A stretch of DNA of 64,000 bases, taken from positions 42,222,001 to 42,286,000 of the forward strand of contig JAGIQG010000001.1 of the NCBI GenBank assembly GCA_024679065.1. The letters run 5' to 3'. This stretch comes from Sphyrna mokarran. Its lineage: Eukaryota. Shown in pieces: positions 61,101 through 64,000 of this stretch. Both the position numbers and the translations under genes were made by a program. How positions within the stretch are numbered: the first letter of the stretch is position 1; every line of letters starts with the position of its first letter. The notes below the pieces were generated by a model. That model saw only the letters and a list, made by a program, of their open reading frames with translations. It did no database searches and was not told the origin of the DNA.

Positions 61101-61304
61101 CAAAGGTGGGGTGGTGGGGATCTTTAAGAAATATAAGCACTTTAAATGTAAAGAAAATAGGGCACATGAAAATAGGAAGGAAATAAGTAAGGAGGCCATT
61201 GATGGCAAGAGACTAAAAGGTTGTCTAAAAAAGATGGTTAAACAGAAGGAGAATGGAAATCCTTTTAAAAATTTGTTAAAATGTCAGGACACAGTGCTCA
61301 TACA

Positions 61305-61644
61305 GTGGCACGGTAGCACAATGGTTAGCACTGCTGCTTCACAGCTCCAGGGTCCTGGATTCAATTCCTGACTCGGGTCGCTGTCTATGTGGAATTTTTA
61401 TATTCACCTTGCATCTGTGTGGTTTTCCTCCTAGTACTCCAGTTTCCTCCCACAGTCCAAAGATGTGCAGGTTATGTTGATTGACCATGCTAAGAAATTG
61501 CCCCTTAGTGTCCAGGGATGTGTTGGTTAGAGGGATTAGTGGATATAATATATTGGAAAATGGGGGTAGGGCCTGGGTGGGATTTGTTCGGTGCAGACTC
61601 GATGGGCCAAAAGGCTTCTTTCTGCACTGTAGGGATCTATGATT
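61305..61644 (+). mobile_element. Full-length HE1 V-SINE
   Basis: ggcacggtagcacaatggttagcactgc head to ggtgcagactcgatgggcc...tctgcactgtagggatctatga. Confidence 0.93.
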
Positions 61645-62726
61645 GAAACAGGAGGGCTGGAAGCAAACATATAGTTACAGAAAAATCAAGCATTGCAGGG
61701 GATGCGACATATTTTAAAAATGTATATCCTATGCATTTTACTGCACAGTATAAGCAAATAGCACACTTTATTGAGGTACGTATCAGGCCTGAATTTCCTG
61801 AAAATGTGCGCCATAGTTACGATGCACCTGGTCATACATAGGTTAACTTTGTTAGCTGTTGGACTAATTGTCTTGGTTCACCACCTCCCACCCCAATTAA
61901 AATCAATGATAAGATGGAGTTTGTTGAACTAACAGCATTGTGGTCACCATAGCCTCTTAGACCAGTACACAATGACACCAAATGGGTCACAACCAGCAAC
62001 ATTCAATCTCTCAGCGGACTGCCTGAGGCTAACATTTTCACTGACTTCTTTTTAGAACTTTATTGAAATCTTGAATTGCAATTTAAATAACGGAGTAAGT
62101 GTTTTGACAACCAGACATGTTCTGATTTTCCCCTGACTGATATTATTTTTATATTAATATTTATTGTGCTTGTGCGTTAAGCATTGATTGCAACTGGAAA
62201 TGAAAAATGGCTAGAGATCGCATTCAGTTCAGGAGACAATCCTATGCATACAGGTCCCTTCTTAACCCCGCTTTCTATATTTGTACTGTTCCAGTGTAAA
62301 CTCATCAATCAAATTTAACCTGACGTGGATATTCTATCGACATCCACACTATATCCGGTTGGAACCATTAATCCTAAGGGCGTCACTGTTAAATAACCTG
62401 TTGTTCCACTCTGTGTCAGGCTGCAGTATCTTGTATGTTTATTAGACATTAGCTGCATCTCTTATCATGCTCATCACTGAAGTGTGGAGAATAACAATGG
62501 TCTAACACAACACGGGGGGATGGAGTTTAACAAAGTTCTAATTCACTGCCAGAATGAGAATTTCAGCAAAGTCAGGCACATTAATGAATGAATCCGTGAT
62601 CCCCTGGTCTGCATTGTAATTGACTTGAACAATGGAGATTTAAGAGGCACTTTAGTTGGCCCTTGGTAAGAAGATGAAAAATAGCTATGATCCACATTCC
62701 AGGTGCCATCAACTACCTCCTTCCTG

Positions 62727-62806
62727 TTACACACAGACAGTAATCCAAGGCCAGAATCAAGCCCAAGTCTCTGGAACTGTGAGACAGCAATGCTAATCAC
62801 TGTGCT
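62727..62806 (-). mobile_element. V-SINE head fragment
   Basis: cacacagacagtaatccaaggccagaatc...ctgtgagacagcaatgctaatcactgtgc. Confidence 0.75.
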
Positions 62807-62811
62807 AACCT

Positions 62812-63005
62812 TTCTGGAACGTGCTACCTGAAAGAATGGTGGAAGCAGATTCAGTAGTGACTGTCAAAACAAAATTAGATGCACACTTGAAAAGGAAAGA
62901 GTTTCAGAGCCTTGCGGAAAGAGCAAGGGAGAAGGACTTACTTCTGAGCGCTTCCAAAGAGCTGGCACAGGCACAATGGATGAATGGCCTTCCATACTAT
63001 ACAGT
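62812..63005 (+). mobile_element. CR1 3' end
   Basis: WNVLPERMVEADSVVTVKTKLDAHL, then gagctggcacaggcacaatggatgaatggcct. Confidence 0.8.
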
Positions 63006-64000
63006 AGGACTTTTCTCCAGCTGTATGGTGCGATCTTTAGATTATTTGTCCAAACCTCCATAATAATAGTTCAATACCAAGGCCAGTTTACTGCCATACC
63101 TGAGTTAGCAACTTCAGTAGAAGAGGGGAGAAAATAGGAAAGAAAATAGAATGCCTCATGGAAATGACATTGTCACGTTATGGTTTACCACTTAGTTTAT
63201 TCAGTTTATCTTACTTAAAAATAAAGTTATCACATCTTATAGCTGGCCAAGATGTATGTTTCTATTCAATACAGCTGGGTTCTGAAAATCCAGCTACATT
63301 AATATTCAGTGGATGCTACATTGGGACAGAAATAATTAACAGTGATTGCACACATTATCAGAGAAAGGCTCAATTATATTTAAAAACATGATTGAAGTTT
63401 AAAAGGGCTAAAACACATTAGTGCTGTAGGTTTTGTAGATGTTCCATCAAAAATGCAATGTGAACTCAAAGGCTGGAAAATGAAATTCAGGTCACTCACG
63501 TAGAAGGTTAACCAGTAAATGTTATATCGATTAACTCCTTCAGAGAGCAACTGGATGAATACCAAGCCAAGTACAGAATTAATGGTAACAAGGGTAAGCT
63601 TTGACATGGATGTTCATATATTGCATGAAAGAATGTGGTCCCAGCTTCCTCCCACCATAGTGGAGTGTAGAGTGTCACACGAAGTAGATATTCTGGAGTT
63701 TTGTGATTAGCTTTGGGCATCGGGGAGACATTACACAGACTTTAACCTTTTTGAAAATTTTAACTGTGATTATTTATGTCCCTCTAGAAATTAAGTTGAA
63801 GTACAATTACATTTTGTATTCTATAGGGTCAGGTGGAAGGTTAGAGCTTGATAGGCTTTCTATGTTTCAACATAATGAACAGTAATGTTGACACGGGTAG
63901 TCTTCTCTGAACTTATTAGGTTAAAGAAAGCCTGTAAAATAATCAACAAGAATTTAAAACATCATGTACTCTCTGTGTTTCAGGGATGCAAAATACATGT

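Overview
This is AT-rich, CpG-depleted vertebrate nuclear DNA that looks intronic or intergenic. The repeat complement identifies a cartilaginous fish, probably a carcharhiniform shark (inference): HE1-type V-SINEs, HER1/CR1 LINEs, Deu-domain SINEs, Rex1/Babar and L2-group LINEs, Penelope-like palindromes and Harbinger-type MITEs. No intact protein-coding gene is recognisable. Nearly all ORFs in the track are repeat-derived or chance. The only clear protein homologies are transposon relics: CR1 RT and esterase, Rex1/Babar RT, an L2/CR1-group C-terminus and a HARBI1-like transposase. One weak candidate exon lies on the minus strand (6914-7029). Several repeat-free, homeobox-motif-rich islands look like conserved non-coding elements. 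The most unusual observations are four: (1) a near-full-length but remodelled U2 snRNA-derived element at 56650-56862, a candidate SINEU-like retroposon; (2) three local inverted templated duplications inserted in or next to repeats; (3) a covarying internal inverted repeat shared by two distantly related Harbinger-type elements; (4) V-SINEs carrying two alternative 3' tails. Family names come from recalled consensus sequences, not from database searches. Boundaries of old repeats are approximate.
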